Origin: Octopus sinensis
Taxonomy: Eukaryota
Direction: 5' to 3'
Length of the DNA: 49,933 nucleotides
NCBI RefSeq assembly: GCF_006345805.1
Contig: NW_021834395.1
Location: 1-49,933, forward strand
Positions 12,638 through 24,500 of the stretch are shown here, in pieces. A program made the position numbers and the translations under genes. Numbering within the stretch: the stretch's first letter is position 1; every line of letters begins with the position of its first letter. Under the pieces are notes generated by a model. The model ran no database searches. It was not told where the DNA came from and saw nothing but the letters and a program-made list of their open reading frames with translations.

Positions 12638-13732
12638 TAAAAAAAAAAAGTTTCACAAATTATATACGTTCGCGTTTGTGTAAAAAAAATTATTAACCAA
12701 ATTTTATAAATTATTTACTTTGTTCAAAAAATATTATTAATATTAATTAATTTTCAAGAATTATTTAATTTATATAATTAATTCATTAATTTTATTCTGT
12801 AAAATAGTAATTAATTCATTTATCTGTAAATCCGCGAGGAAAGCGACTATGTAATTTTTTTGTGTAAAATTGAAAATGTTATATATACACACACACACAC
12901 ACACATATATTTTTAGTGAAATCCAACACCTTTTTTTTTTAGGGGGGGGGTAACGCGCATGCGCGAATTCTGCACTGCGCATGTCACCTCGTAGGATCTC
13001 GAGTATCGAGTACCTACGTCTGGCGCGCGCGCGCGAATTCGCGTGTGAGAAACCGGGACCACGACAATAGACAAGTACCCAAATTTGTATCAAAACAAAA
13101 TCCGACGTATTGATCCGCATATTTTCTAGATTATTTATGTCCTGATTTAACAGGATTTACTAAATTGAATGAGTCAAAGTAAACGATAGTACTTTATCAG
13201 GTTAATATACAAAATAACAAGTGGAGTGTAGAGTTAATTAAAATCATTCACTTTTGCAATTCTCTTTGATGAAGCTTTTACGTCTATAATCCAAAGTTTG
13301 TTAAAATGTGTTGTAAATTCCTTAAAATAATTCAGAGTACAAATTTATCGGAAGAATACATCCCACTCTATGCCAATAATGGCGAAGGCAAAGAATACGC
13401 ACACCCTGCGGTTAATGTTAGGATTTTTGTTACACCGAAAACCGGTGGTGTACGTCTTCCTTATCTCCGATGCGATAATACAGATATGTTTTCAATGTGT
13501 ATTAATAAAAATATTTCCAGTAATGTACGTTGAGTTAACAGCAACCATTAAAATACAAAAAGTGGAGTGAAAGAGAAAAGAAACCCAGAGGATGAGAATT
13601 GAATACTAAACTGATGTCAGCTATGACGAGATTTCAATAGGAAGGCTATAAGAATGTGGACAGAAATGAATGGATAAACATGTTCGTAGATATATATATA
13701 TTACTCAACACCATTTCGGGAAAAAATGTTAC

Positions 13733-13808
13733 CTTCTGCTGGAAATTCCTCAAACTCATCATCCTCTTCTAGTATCCCTAAATCAGGTTTGTTCGGGACA
13801 GTGGACAT
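13733..13808 (-). CDS. SEM1: SEM1/DSS1 coding exon 1 (76 nt)
   Basis: ATG at 13808; MSTVPNKPDLGILEEDDEFEEFPAE+G then donor gtaaca; DLG.LEEDDEFEEFPAE is the SEM1 N-terminal signature. Confidence 0.97.
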
Positions 13809-13886
13809 TATGGTCGACGTTTCCTGTGGCTTTGAAAACCTATGAGGGAGTTGTATATACTTTAGTTTCGTATTTTAGACATGCTG

Positions 13887-13895
13887 AGCCAATCA
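13887..13895. promoter_or_regulatory. CCAAT (NF-Y) box in the putative SEM1 promoter
   Basis: AGCCAATCA about 80 bp upstream of the SEM1 ATG; TSS not determinable. Confidence 0.4.
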
Positions 13896-14599
13896 TAAGA
13901 ATCAATGTTTTATTTACGAATAGGAGAAGAAAAAAACGGACAGGAAATTAATATTGCAAATTTTATTACTGTGATTTAAGTTTTATAAGTGAAATTTATA
14001 TGCTACTTTGAAATTCTATCTAAATACCTCGATACATGAAATACCTGACCATTAATGAAATAAGGAACCAACAGGGGTGTCTCAGTCTAGTCGAGGGGTC
14101 CCCAAACTTTTTAGACCCAAACTTCATGGAATCCTTGACCCCTCATCTACCCCCAGGCATGTACAAGAAAAATAAATGAATAATAATTAAGTAGATGTGC
14201 ATTTATCGACCACTTTGAATACTCCTGGTCTAGTCGCTTGATAGCAACAAATTAAAACCAGTTAAACTCCCTTCAAATTAAAATGGTTTAGCAATGTTGT
14301 CCCGGCTGGTTTATAACTCTGCTCCGTTTTTTTTTTAATCTCGAATTTTTATTCTTTTAGTCTTTCGACAGTAATAACACTAGGTTATGAAATACGAAAT
14401 ACTAGTAATAGGAACCCACCTGAATTTGAAACTAAAACCCTCCAATTCATTCACATAAAAAAAAGCTCTATACAGAATTGTTCTACTGCAAGAAGGAAAA
14501 AAAGGAAGTGGTCTTTGTAAAAATATGTCCATTAGAAAACCAGCTGGCAATAGGGAAATTTTCTGAGCCAAAAGAATCACTGGAATTCTCCGACCATTT

Positions 14600-15636
14600 T
14601 GTATGTTGATGAATGACAAGCATGTCCGCATTCGTGACTGAGGGCTGGCGGACTGAGACACAACCATAACTGCTTACCATACACTGAAGTCTTCTGCTAC
14701 AGCCATACACTTGGCAATGTTTTCTCCATTCAGTTCAGGATTACATCTCCTCTCCAACATGGACTAATTCCAACAGGGAGATGGATGAAGCTCTATCACA
14801 GTGGAGATAGATGGGTTTGTCAGTTCCAGTTACAATGGAGGACAGACGGAAACACAGAGTATGGGATAAACTGTGTTCAGGTGCCACTTTCAACTCTCTC
14901 CTTGATCAATCTGATCAATTTTCAAGGTGTTGCCTACCTTCAGCTAGTGCAAAATTCTCAGGGGACTAGATTGATGCCCTACCTGTTGCCAACATTGGAG
15001 GTCTACTCAGTCTAAATGAACTCTGCACCTCCATCGCACTCAAAGTGGGAGCTGACGTCTGTAAGGAACTGAAATGCTGCTGTAGTAGGCCTCTTGACCC
15101 CACAGGTCTTCATAGTCTGTGTTGTCACCTAAATGCTGGTCACTTCATTCGTCACACCGAGCTAAACATAATCATTAAGCAGACCCTGTCTCGGATTAAT
15201 ATCCCCTCAGTTCTGGAGCCATCGGGGTTATCTAGAAGTGATGGAAAGAGACCAATTGGTCTTACCCTCTGTCCCTGGGTTAGAGGTAGGTGCCTCATTT
15301 GGGATGCCACAGTTTGCAAGTCCTTTGCTCCTTCCCACACCCTGCATGCTGCAGTTAATGGGAGGGTCTCTGCTTCTGTAGCCCAATGGAGGAAAACCCT
15401 GAAGTATCAGCACCTGTCAGTGAACTATCTCTTCCAGCCTGTGGAGTTTGAGATGTTTGGAGGGGCTGGGCCACTAACCGAGGTGTTAGGTGATGCTTGT
15501 GAGGATGCTTGGCTTTCCCAACACCTTAGCCTCGCCATCGCTCATGGCAATGCTGCGTGCGTGTTGGCTTGCTTCAGAAGGTTCTGTTAAACCTTGTGGT
15601 GTGCAACAAGTTGCTGTGATAAAAAAAGAAAAAAAT
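14600..15636 (+). mobile_element. 3' fragment of a CRE-like non-LTR retrotransposon (Zn knuckle plus restriction-like endonuclease), decayed
   Basis: ORF 15045..15590: CCC..LD..GLHSLCC...GHFIRH.ELN.II...L....IPS.LEP.GL.R.DGKRP(I)G.TL.PW..G.CL.WD.T. Upstream frames give KHRVWDKL and ALPVANIG; A-rich tail at 15620-15636. Confidence 0.8.
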
Positions 15637-16844
15637 TCCCCACAAATGGTTCCAATACAGTTTTAAGAGAAAGATTTGGAAGAACAAAACGAAAGTTCTC
15701 CAATAATATTCTTTCATGTAAATAAATGTTTATGTTAATTTAAATCTTTGCCAGCAAAATCTTATAAAATGACAATGTTCTAAAAGATGTACATGTTTAT
15801 ATGTTATATATGAAAATAAAAATTTCATATATGTTTCCGTTTCATTTAGCATTGCAAGTAAAAGTGATGAAAATAGCAGGACGTCCATAATTACAGGCAA
15901 GTCATGGTATCTTATATTTTCTTATACGTATATCTTAGTCTTCTTGTAAAACTGGCTGGGAAAATACAAAGTTGCCCAAGATTTGTCCCAGTTGTATCAT
16001 TATTAATATAATTTCGTAAGTGCACCTATGATTTTGAACGTAGTCTTTTCTGATGCGCTCCGACTCTTTTGGCATGCATAACAACATCGGGAGAAAATTA
16101 TCTTGGCGGTAATAAAGATCATTAAACGAATTACTTTGATAGGACATTATACGATAAGATAAGATTATGACAAACTGTTTCTTAGATCTTTCCAATTATT
16201 TATTACAGGATTTTGACGTCATAAAACCTGTCCATATTTTACATTAGAGCTTGTATTAACATTTTTTTTACAATAACCATCAAATATTACTTATTACTGC
16301 TAATCTAGCAGATGTTTTTTTTTATCTAACCCAAAGTTCTCTTTAATCCAGTTACATGATTTAAAATTTACATATTTCGTATTCTTGACATTCAAAGAAT
16401 ATTTCCAAAAGAAGTGTGAGGTATCTAATATTTTTCTTGTAAAAATCACTAATATATATTATATTATATATTTTAAAATCAAAGTCTGGGTAAACTTCTG
16501 AAACATGTCTATATTGTGTAACAAAATTATTTCCTTTCATTTAGTATTATGTTAATTAAATTAAATTGATTACTAAAAAACTTAGAATTGAACGACGATG
16601 CTGATACAGAGAATACATGCAGAAGAGAATGAAAAGATAACATTTTCATTTTCCCGTTTCGCTTTGAGCGTCTCTATAAAAACGTTTTCTTCTTTTTTGA
16701 TTAAAATGTAAACATCTCTTATATTTCAATTGACAATACCGTTAGAGCATCAAAGTTCGGACGTGTGAACTTCCTTAAAAATGTATATTTTTGAAATGAA
16801 ATTTTCTAAAGATACATTTTAGTTGTTGGTGTAGATTGCGATTA

Positions 16845-16951
16845 TGTCACTGCGTGACACCTTGGAAAGGTGTCTTTAACTATAGCCCTGGGCCGAACAA
16901 AGCCTTGCGAGTGGATTTCGTAGACAGAAATTAAAAGAACCCCACCTCCTC

Positions 16952-17008
<57 letters not shown>

Positions 17009-17015
17009 GACAGAG
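16845..17015 (+). mobile_element. SINE body fragment followed by (TG)n(GA)n
   Basis: caccttggaaaggtgtct..actatagccctgggccgaacaaagccttg.gagtggattt.gtagacagaaa. Confidence 0.65.
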
Positions 17016-17239
17016 ACAATCTTTTGGTAAAAGTCTGTGACATTATGAGTATGATATTGTCTTTCATCCACAATAACAGACTAATAGTGAAATTTAAGTC
17101 TTGTGAAATACTAGCTTGTCTGTGGATAGTATCTCTACAATAGGCTACAATGAAAAAACTCTGGGAAACTAAACAAGAACAATCCACCATCCCCTATATA
17201 TCATCATGATAGGTTTAAATCCAGATAGGTTTTCAGCAA

Positions 17240-17810
17240 TTCCTTGTGATGATTTGAATCAATTACAAGAGTTATTCTATTGTGATATATGCATAAATAT
17301 GTCACCACTGGTACTTGGAGTTGTTTACTGCTCACTAAATTATCATCAAGACACAGCGTTTTGACATCCTCAGAGCTACATCTAGAAAAACAGTCACTTA
17401 TGTTTTCACTGGGAAATCTTTTGTTGGCTGCAAAGTGCTAATGATTTCCTTGATGTAATGCTAGATTCAAGTTGGACCCAAGTAATCACCTCCCTTACAA
17501 GAGGTAACAAACCTTTAGACATGCTCTTTACCACTACTCCAGAAATGATTATCAGTGTCACTACCAAGGAACCTTTAGGTTCCTTGGTAGCGACATTGCC
17601 AGTCTTATGGGCAGAAACAGGAAGCATCCCCACCTCCAAACTGCTCACTTAGACTGGAGAAAAGTAGACTGGAATTGTTACCATGCTGAGTTACAACACC
17701 CAAATTGGTCTGAATTTTACAATTCTGGGGATGTCAAAACTGTACTTCAGAACATCCTCAATTCAATCTGGGCTGCATTTGGAGTATCAGTACCATACAA
17801 ATGCTTTAAA
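17240..17810 (+). mobile_element. Degenerate CR1/L2-group LINE ORF2 fragment (end of APE endonuclease plus linker)
   Basis: QVITSLTRGNKPLDMLFT and LDWRKVDWN..W..FY motifs, broken by frameshifts. Confidence 0.65.
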
Positions 17811-17824
17811 AATCCCTGTACTTC

Positions 17825-18100
17825 AATAGCTAAGTATAATCTTGCTACTCCTGCCATTGGGTGGAGTCCTCCATTCATATTGAATTCCTTCCTAGTTCTT
17901 CTGTCTAATTTTGGTAATTCAGTTTTTGTCCAATCTACAAAAGCTGCTGAGAATCTAAGTAATGACACTGCCCAAGAATTTACAGCCTTTACTAGATTCA
18001 GACTATTTAGTTTTGACTTCATTAGCTTCCTCACCCTTCTGATGTACTCCTCAATTTTCTTTTTCATTTCTATAGTTAGTACTCTGTCAGATTCTAATAA
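17825..18100 (-). mobile_element. R4/Dong-clade LINE internal fragment (post-RT thumb)
   Basis: EYIRRVRKLMKSKLNSLNLVKAVNSWAVSLLRFSA..W...EL..LDRRTRK....NG.LHP...V.RLYL. Confidence 0.85.
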
Positions 18101-18104
18101 TTAA

Positions 18105-18510
18105 CATTATTATTTCTCTTTATCACAGGTTTTGTTGGAGCTCCTGGAGTCTTGCATGCATAGCAGGCTTTCTACCTGCAGCCTACAGTACCATGCTATC
18201 TGTTCTTTTCAGCTATCTAATACTTTCCAGTTTATTCTGGCCATACCAAAGAGGCAAACTTTTTGTAACAGTTCTACTGGGCACTCTATTCCAATTTCCT
18301 TTATATTCCCCTTGATGCCTTCTGATACTGTTCCCAAGGACTCAATAATTATTTACACTATCTTCACCTTCATTTTCCATAGCCGGGTTATTTCGTACTT
18401 AAGAGGGTTGTATTTATCTATCTTTGCACCTTCCTTCTTGACTATTCGTGGGTCAAAGGGGCATGCAGCATCAACTATATAGCATATGTAGTGCACTTTG
18501 TCCACCACCA
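18105..18510 (-). mobile_element. R4/Dong-clade LINE 3' end (REL endonuclease C-terminus, 3'UTR, (AAT)n tail)
   Basis: IVDAACPFDPRI..KE..KIDKY.PLKYEI.RLW....LGTV...LLQK..L.G.ARI; abuts the (ATT)n array at 18510-18548. Confidence 0.8.
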
Positions 18511-18551
<41 letters not shown>

Positions 18552-19044
18552 CTAGTCCAATCCTGCGATTAATATAATCAACTGATCCACTCCTCCAGAC
18601 TTTTTAGTGTAATGTTTATTTGAAAAGTGAATGTGATTTGGATGTTGACAAAATAGATAGAGCAGTCTGTGGTGTACCTAAGCTTTGTGTACAATAAGTT
18701 CCTTATTTATTATCATTTTATATACTGAGTTCAAATCCCATCAAGAGCTTTTCATCCTTCTTGGGTAGATAAAATAAGTATTTGGATTAATTTAATAGAT
18801 ACAGGCACTGTGTCTATGTTACAAATCAATATTGGTCTAATTTTTATTAATCTATGAGGGCTGAAATTAATATTAGAATAGGCCATGTTAAAATTGTCTT
18901 GCATTATATATTTGTAAAATTTCTTTTAAGTAAACTATAAATTAATTTTCTAGACTCATGAGTGAATTTATCATTCTTTACTAAAAGCATGCATTTCTCC
19001 AGCTATTACAATTTCAATATTATATAGGAATTTTAGTTTCCCTT

Positions 19045-19330
19045 AAAAAGCATCCAGTCCACACTGTAAAGTGGTTGGCATTTGGAAGGGCATCCAGCTG
19101 TAAAAACCTTGCCAAAACTGACCCCACTTGTACTTGTGCGATGTAAAAAGCTTTAAGTCTACTCTGCTTGGTGGTTGGTGTTAGAAAGGATATCCAGCTG
19201 TAAACATCCTGCAAAAACAGTCACAGAAGTCTGGTGCAGACTTCTACCTGACAGGCTCCTGTCAAACCATCCCACCCACACCAGCATGGAAGGTGAATGT
19301 TAGATGATGATGATGATGATGATGATGATG
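19045..19330 (+). mobile_element. SINE with duplicated core and (GAT)n tail
   Basis: Two gtggttgg..tt.gaagg..atccagctgtaaa cores; long gatgat tail. Confidence 0.7.
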
Positions 19331-19504
19331 ACAGACAGACAGTATACACACACACAAACATACATGTTTATGTATTTGTTTTGCAATGTTGATGTGAAAT
19401 CATGTATTGAAACAGATATTGTTATACTTTGGGATATCCTACTTGACTACATATAATATAATATAATATATGATTGCTTTCTCTCTCTTTATATGTGTGT
19501 GCTT

Positions 19505-19549
<45 letters not shown>

Positions 19550-20462
19550 TATATATATATGTATATATATATTGTGTATATATTTGTATAAATATGTATG
19601 TAAAAAACAACTCAGAATGGGCAGTGGCATGTATTTGAACAACAAAGACAAATAATGTTATATTAAATTACCTACCCAATAAATTCGTAATTTATTGAAA
19701 TTATGTCTGCTTCTAGAGAACACAAATTTTATTATTTGGTGGCAGTTGGTACCAACTCCAAGTGAGAAAGGAAATCAAGTATTCCAAAAATGTGCATGCC
19801 ATTAAGGAAAAGACAATTTGATAGTCTTGAGGCAAGAGGAGAGTAGTGAACACGTTTCTGCCTCAATAAAATAACCGTAGCAATTATCCTGCCTATCTTC
19901 AGCAACTGAAACAGGCATATACAAACAATGAATAACACACATTTACAGCCCAATAGCTAGATAGATAGTTGGATAAGATAAAGTTTTAAATTTGCTAAAT
20001 TGAAAGATTGAGTTAAGGTGTGTATGTTGACTGTGTATATAACAACCGTCTTTTTGTAAATAATCTTTCTACATATCTAAAACTCCAAACCAATATAATG
20101 CCAGGTATTTGTTATATTCACATTAAAGTCACAGACAGATAGAGAAGTGATATATACCAGCTCACGCTCATATACTTGTATATGTATGCTCAAAAGCTGA
20201 TACTATTAGAAGAAAGCTATATTGAAAATAGAATCAGTGGGAAGCTCTTTTGTTATATAATCAGTATAACTTTATTTTCCCTTATCTTTTTTTCATATTA
20301 CTTTTGTTTTCAGTCGAGTCTGAAGTGTTTGAAGCTAGGTTTCTTGAGCTTCAAATACCTTAGGAGCATAAATGAAAAGAACAGTAGCTTACTAGTTGTG
20401 TTGTACCCTCTATGAAGTAAATATTTTCACTCATCAATGGGAATTAAGTTCTCACATGCTTG

Positions 20463-20800
20463 TGTAGTGATGCTACTGTGTAAGGTTCAGCGCGCATGCG
20501 CAGAATGGGACTACTTCCGGGTGGCCACCGGAAGTCTTCCCCATGCGCATGTGCGGGAAACAGACCCCTAAAGCACAAATCACTCATTCACCCCCTCTGG
20601 CCATTTCAGCCTTCGTGAACAGACGTGCATTTGGTAGTCTCTGATAACTACACCGACTTAGCCACGGACGACATCGAATCACTTCAACCAACCAACAAGA
20701 AACTGTACAACAGATTCGGCTGTCGTTTTCCCTTCAGAAATACGTACACCATCACGAATAATAAACTACACTGCTGTCTTTCCCAGATAACCTGACTTCG
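20463..20800 (+). repeat. 5' LTR (lacks last 81 bp)
   Basis: Matches 24882-25219 with 6 substitutions counted in 338 bp, then diverges. Confidence 0.95.
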
Positions 20801-20891
20801 AATTTTGATTTGCTTTGTCGGTTCCACGTGTTCTCCACTTCTCGTTCTTCTTTCTGCCCCCTTTCTGACAGGCATTTTTTTCCGGACAAAC

Positions 20892-21566
20892 ATGGCTGCA
20901 TCAGGTTTGCCTTTATTCACAGGGGATGTGGGTCTGTGGTTTGCCCAGGTGGAGTCGCATTTTGACACACATGCCGTTCCTCCACAGCAGCAGTTGCATC
21001 TGCTATATTCAAGTTTACATCCCCAACTCGCCACATCGGTCAGGGATCTCATAATAATTCCCCACCCGGACGCCACATACGCGTCCGTAAAAGCCGAAAT
21101 CCTCCGCCGCAACACGCGGTCAGAGGAGAGTAATTTTAAGGAGCTGATGGCCGAGGAACAGTTGGGATACAGGACTCCATCCCAGTTTCTGCGCCACCTA
21201 CGGGAGCTGAGCGGGAACGCAGCGGACGCGCCGCTCTTACGGAGGATTTTCTTCTCCAGGTTGCCTGCCCACGTGGAGACAATGTTGGCCACGGTACTGG
21301 AGTCTGTGTCAGTAGACCAGATTGCCACGATGGCCGATAAAATATTGGAATTTCCAAAACCATCTCCATCGCGAGGCCTGTGCGCATGTACAGAGCCCCC
21401 TCCGACGCAAAATTCACTAGCCGAGCGGCTCGATACGCTCACGCGGCAAATCGATGATCTGTGCCGTGCGATCGGGCGCCGACCACGCAGTCGTAGTCGC
21501 AGTGGCTCTGCCGAAAAGGCAGAACGGTGTACCCAGCCGTGCACTTTTCAGCCCTCGGGAAACTAA
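20892..21566 (+). CDS. gag: Gypsy Gag
   Basis: MAASGLPLFTGDVGLWFAQVESHF..Y..LK..IL.R..SE..L....LGYRTPSQFLRHLR; ORF track start at 20805 is an upstream non-ATG extension. Confidence 0.88.
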   Translation: MAASGLPLFTGDVGLWFAQVESHFDTHAVPPQQQLHLLYSSLHPQLATSVRDLIIIPHPDATYASVKAEILRRNTRSEESNFKELMAEEQLGYRTPSQFLRHLRELSGNAADAPLLRRIFFSRLPAHVETMLATVLESVSVDQIATMADKILEFPKPSPSRGLCACTEPPPTQNSLAERLDTLTRQIDDLCRAIGRRPRSRSRSGSAEKAERCTQPCTFQPSGN

Positions 21567-24500
21567 ATCCGGAGGAGGTGAGCACGTCACCTTCTTCCTT
21601 CTCGTTTCCCAAAAATCGTGCGTTCTTTGTAAAAGATCTGGTGTCAAAGAAATTCTTCATGGTGGACACCGGCTCTTGTTGCAGCATCTGGCCCCTTCGT
21701 CTGACTGCAGACAAGCCCAAGCGCTCTTCAATTGTCTTGCATGCCATTGACTCGTCTCCCATAACCACCTTCGGTCAGATTTTGCTGTGCCTCAACATCA
21801 ACCTTCGTCGAGATTTTCAATGGGTTTTCGTCATCGCTGACATCACGCATCCTATTCTCGGCGCTGATTTCTTGGATAGGTTTAATCTATTGATGGATGT
21901 CAGGTGTCGGAGGCTTCTTGATAGCACGACGTCGCTCTCTATGCCGACTGGGAGTTCCACCAATGCGGTCCTTAGCCCGACATTCTTTGTTGCCACCTCT
22001 GGAGACGCTTTTCACTCTCTTTTGGCTTCATTTCCGGAGCTAGTGGACATTGCCTTTCAACCAGAAAAGCCTACCCACTCGACACTCCATTTTATCACCA
22101 CCACTGGGCCGCCTGTATTTTCGCGCCCACGGCGCCTTACGCCTGACCGACTAATAAAGGCTAGGGCCGAGTTTGAGCACATGCTTCAACTTGGCCTTAT
22201 ACGCCCCTCCACCAGCCCATGGGCGTCTCCCCTTCATTTGGTACGAAAGGGCGAGTCTGATTTTCGCCCGGTAGGAGACTATCGACTCCTCAATGCCATA
22301 ACAATAGCCAAGAGATATCCAATCAGAATTCTACAGGACTTTACGGCAAATCTCCATGGTTGTACCATTTTTTCGAAGGTCGACCTTATACGCGCGTACC
22401 ATCAAATACCGGTCAACCCAGCCGACGTTCCGAAAACTGCGATCACTACCCCTTTTGGGTGTTTTGAGTTTTTGTATATGAGTTTCGGTTTGCGGAATGC
22501 TACCAGCACTTTCCAGCGTTTCATTGATGAGGTTGTCCGCGGTCTTGATTTTGTGTTTGCCTATGTCGATGATATACTCATTGCGAGCGACACACGTGAA
22601 AATCATCTCCAGCACCTTTCTCAGCTTTTTCAGCGTCTTCGCGCTTATAGTATACGTATAAATCCCGACAAGTGTGTTTTCGGACGCTCTTCCCTAGATT
22701 TTCTAGGCCATCATATTGATTCGAGTGGAATCAGCGCCCTGTCATCAAAGGTTGATGCCATTCAACGCATCGCACCCCCCACTTCCTTGCGCTAGCTCAG
22801 GCATTGTCTAGGGATGATCAATTTCTACAGACGTTTTATTCCCGGTTGTGCAGATAAGCTACTTCCTCTCACCAGGCTATTAAAGGACACTCCTAGAAAG
22901 GACGGTCAAGTCACCCTCTCTGTTGAGGCACTGACAGCCTTTGAGTGCATTAAGAAGGAGCTGGCTTCTGTTTCTTTGCTTGCACATCCGGTTCCTGGTG
23001 CTTCTCTCTCTTTGACTGTAGACGCATCGGACACTGCGATTGGCGCTGTGTTACAACATACAGTGGATGATTATATTCGACCTCTGGCTTTCTTTTCCCG
23101 CCAACTGCAACCAGCTGAACGACGATACAGCAACTTTGATCGTGAGCTCCTAGCAATCTATCTATCGGTTCGTCATTTCCAGCATCAACTTGAAGGGCGA
23201 GATTTTGTGATCTATACGGATCACAAGCCCCTTACGTTTGCCCTGTGTTCAAAAATGGACAAACTCTCACCTCGTGCTTTCCGGCACCTGGATTTTATCT
23301 CTCAATTCACTAGTAACACTCGACACATACCTGGAAAAGAGAATGTTCCTGCTGACGCTCTCTCTTGCCTTCCAGTCTGCGCCCTTTCGTCTCCTGCTGC
23401 TATCGACTTAACTGCCATCTCGCAGGAGCAGCCACCTTTGGCGTCGTTAGACCTAACTTCTCCCAAGTTCTCCTGTTGCCAGTTTTCCTACCTTCCACTT
23501 CCGTCAGCCGAAGGCACCATTCTCTGTGATACTTCCACTGGTTCTCCCAGGCCACTCGTGCCTGAGAACCATCAACGCTCAGTGTTTGAAGCACTGCACT
23601 CCTTATCACATCCTGGCATCGCTGCCACCCTTAAACTAAACACTGCTCGGTTTTTCTGGCCGAATATGCGTCGCACTATTACTTCTTGGACGCGCACCTG
23701 CTCCAAGTGTCAACGGTCCAAGATTCAACGGCACGTTCGTGCCCCACTTGGACATTTTCCCCCTACGGGGGCCCGTTTTCGCCATGTCCACATCGATCTG
23801 GTTGGACCATGGCCTGTGAGTCGCGGGTTTTCTTATCTGTTAACTTATGTCGATCGTTTCTCCTGCTGGCCAGAAGCCATTCCGATAGCAGACATTTCTG
23901 CTGAGACTGTTGCGCGAGCCTTCGTTTCAAACTGGATTTCCCGTTTCGGAGTTCCGTCCAGATTGACTACTGATCGTGGACGTCAGTTTGAAGCTTCGCT
24001 ATTTCGCGAATTGTCGCGCATTTTAGGTGTGCACCATATCCACACTACCAGCTATCATCCAGCGTCTAATGGATTAGTTGAACGGTTCCATAGACAGCTC
24101 AAGGCCGCTCTTCGTGCCTCCTCGGATCCACAGTCCTGGATTGAATTTCTGCCAATTGTGCTTCTCGGTTGTTGGACTGCTTTCAAGGCAGACCTGGGGT
24201 TTTCTTCTGCAGAGCTACTGTATGGTACCACACTGGCATTGCCTGGTACGATGTTGGTGCCAGACACTTCCCAGCCTCATGATCCGGCGACCTATGTCGC
24301 CAGACTGCGTTCATATTTCTCGAATCTTCCACCCATGGTTCCCAGGAAACAATCTCCACCATCCCATCTCCCACCGGATATGGACACTTGGTCGCATGTT
24401 TTTGTTCGGGACGACTCTGTCAAGGGACCACTTGTTTCTCCCTATAAAGGACCTTTCCGTGTGCTTTCTCGCACACCTAAGGTTTTCACCATTGAAATAA

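Larger units (their letters stand above)
9470..13087. mobile_element. Foldback-like element: ~1.33-kb inverted arms B (9470-10806) and B' (11754-13087), non-coding
   Basis: Arms align end to end by eye (caaatttgggtacttgtc.. / ..gacaagtacccaaatttg). Both ends are flanked by TAT (9467-9469, 13088-13090). Confidence 0.75.

Noticed and set aside
14085-14115. gaggggtccccaaacttttt, similar to a hAT/Charlie terminus
   Set aside because: No matching opposite terminus or 8-bp TSD.
14422-14486. Strong minus-strand acceptor and GT donor upstream of SEM1
   Set aside because: Peptide unrecognised and could be chance; a 5'UTR exon cannot be shown without RNA data.
20314-20365. Strong plus-strand acceptor followed by ESEVFEARFLELQIP*
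   Set aside because: No upstream exon or homologue identified.
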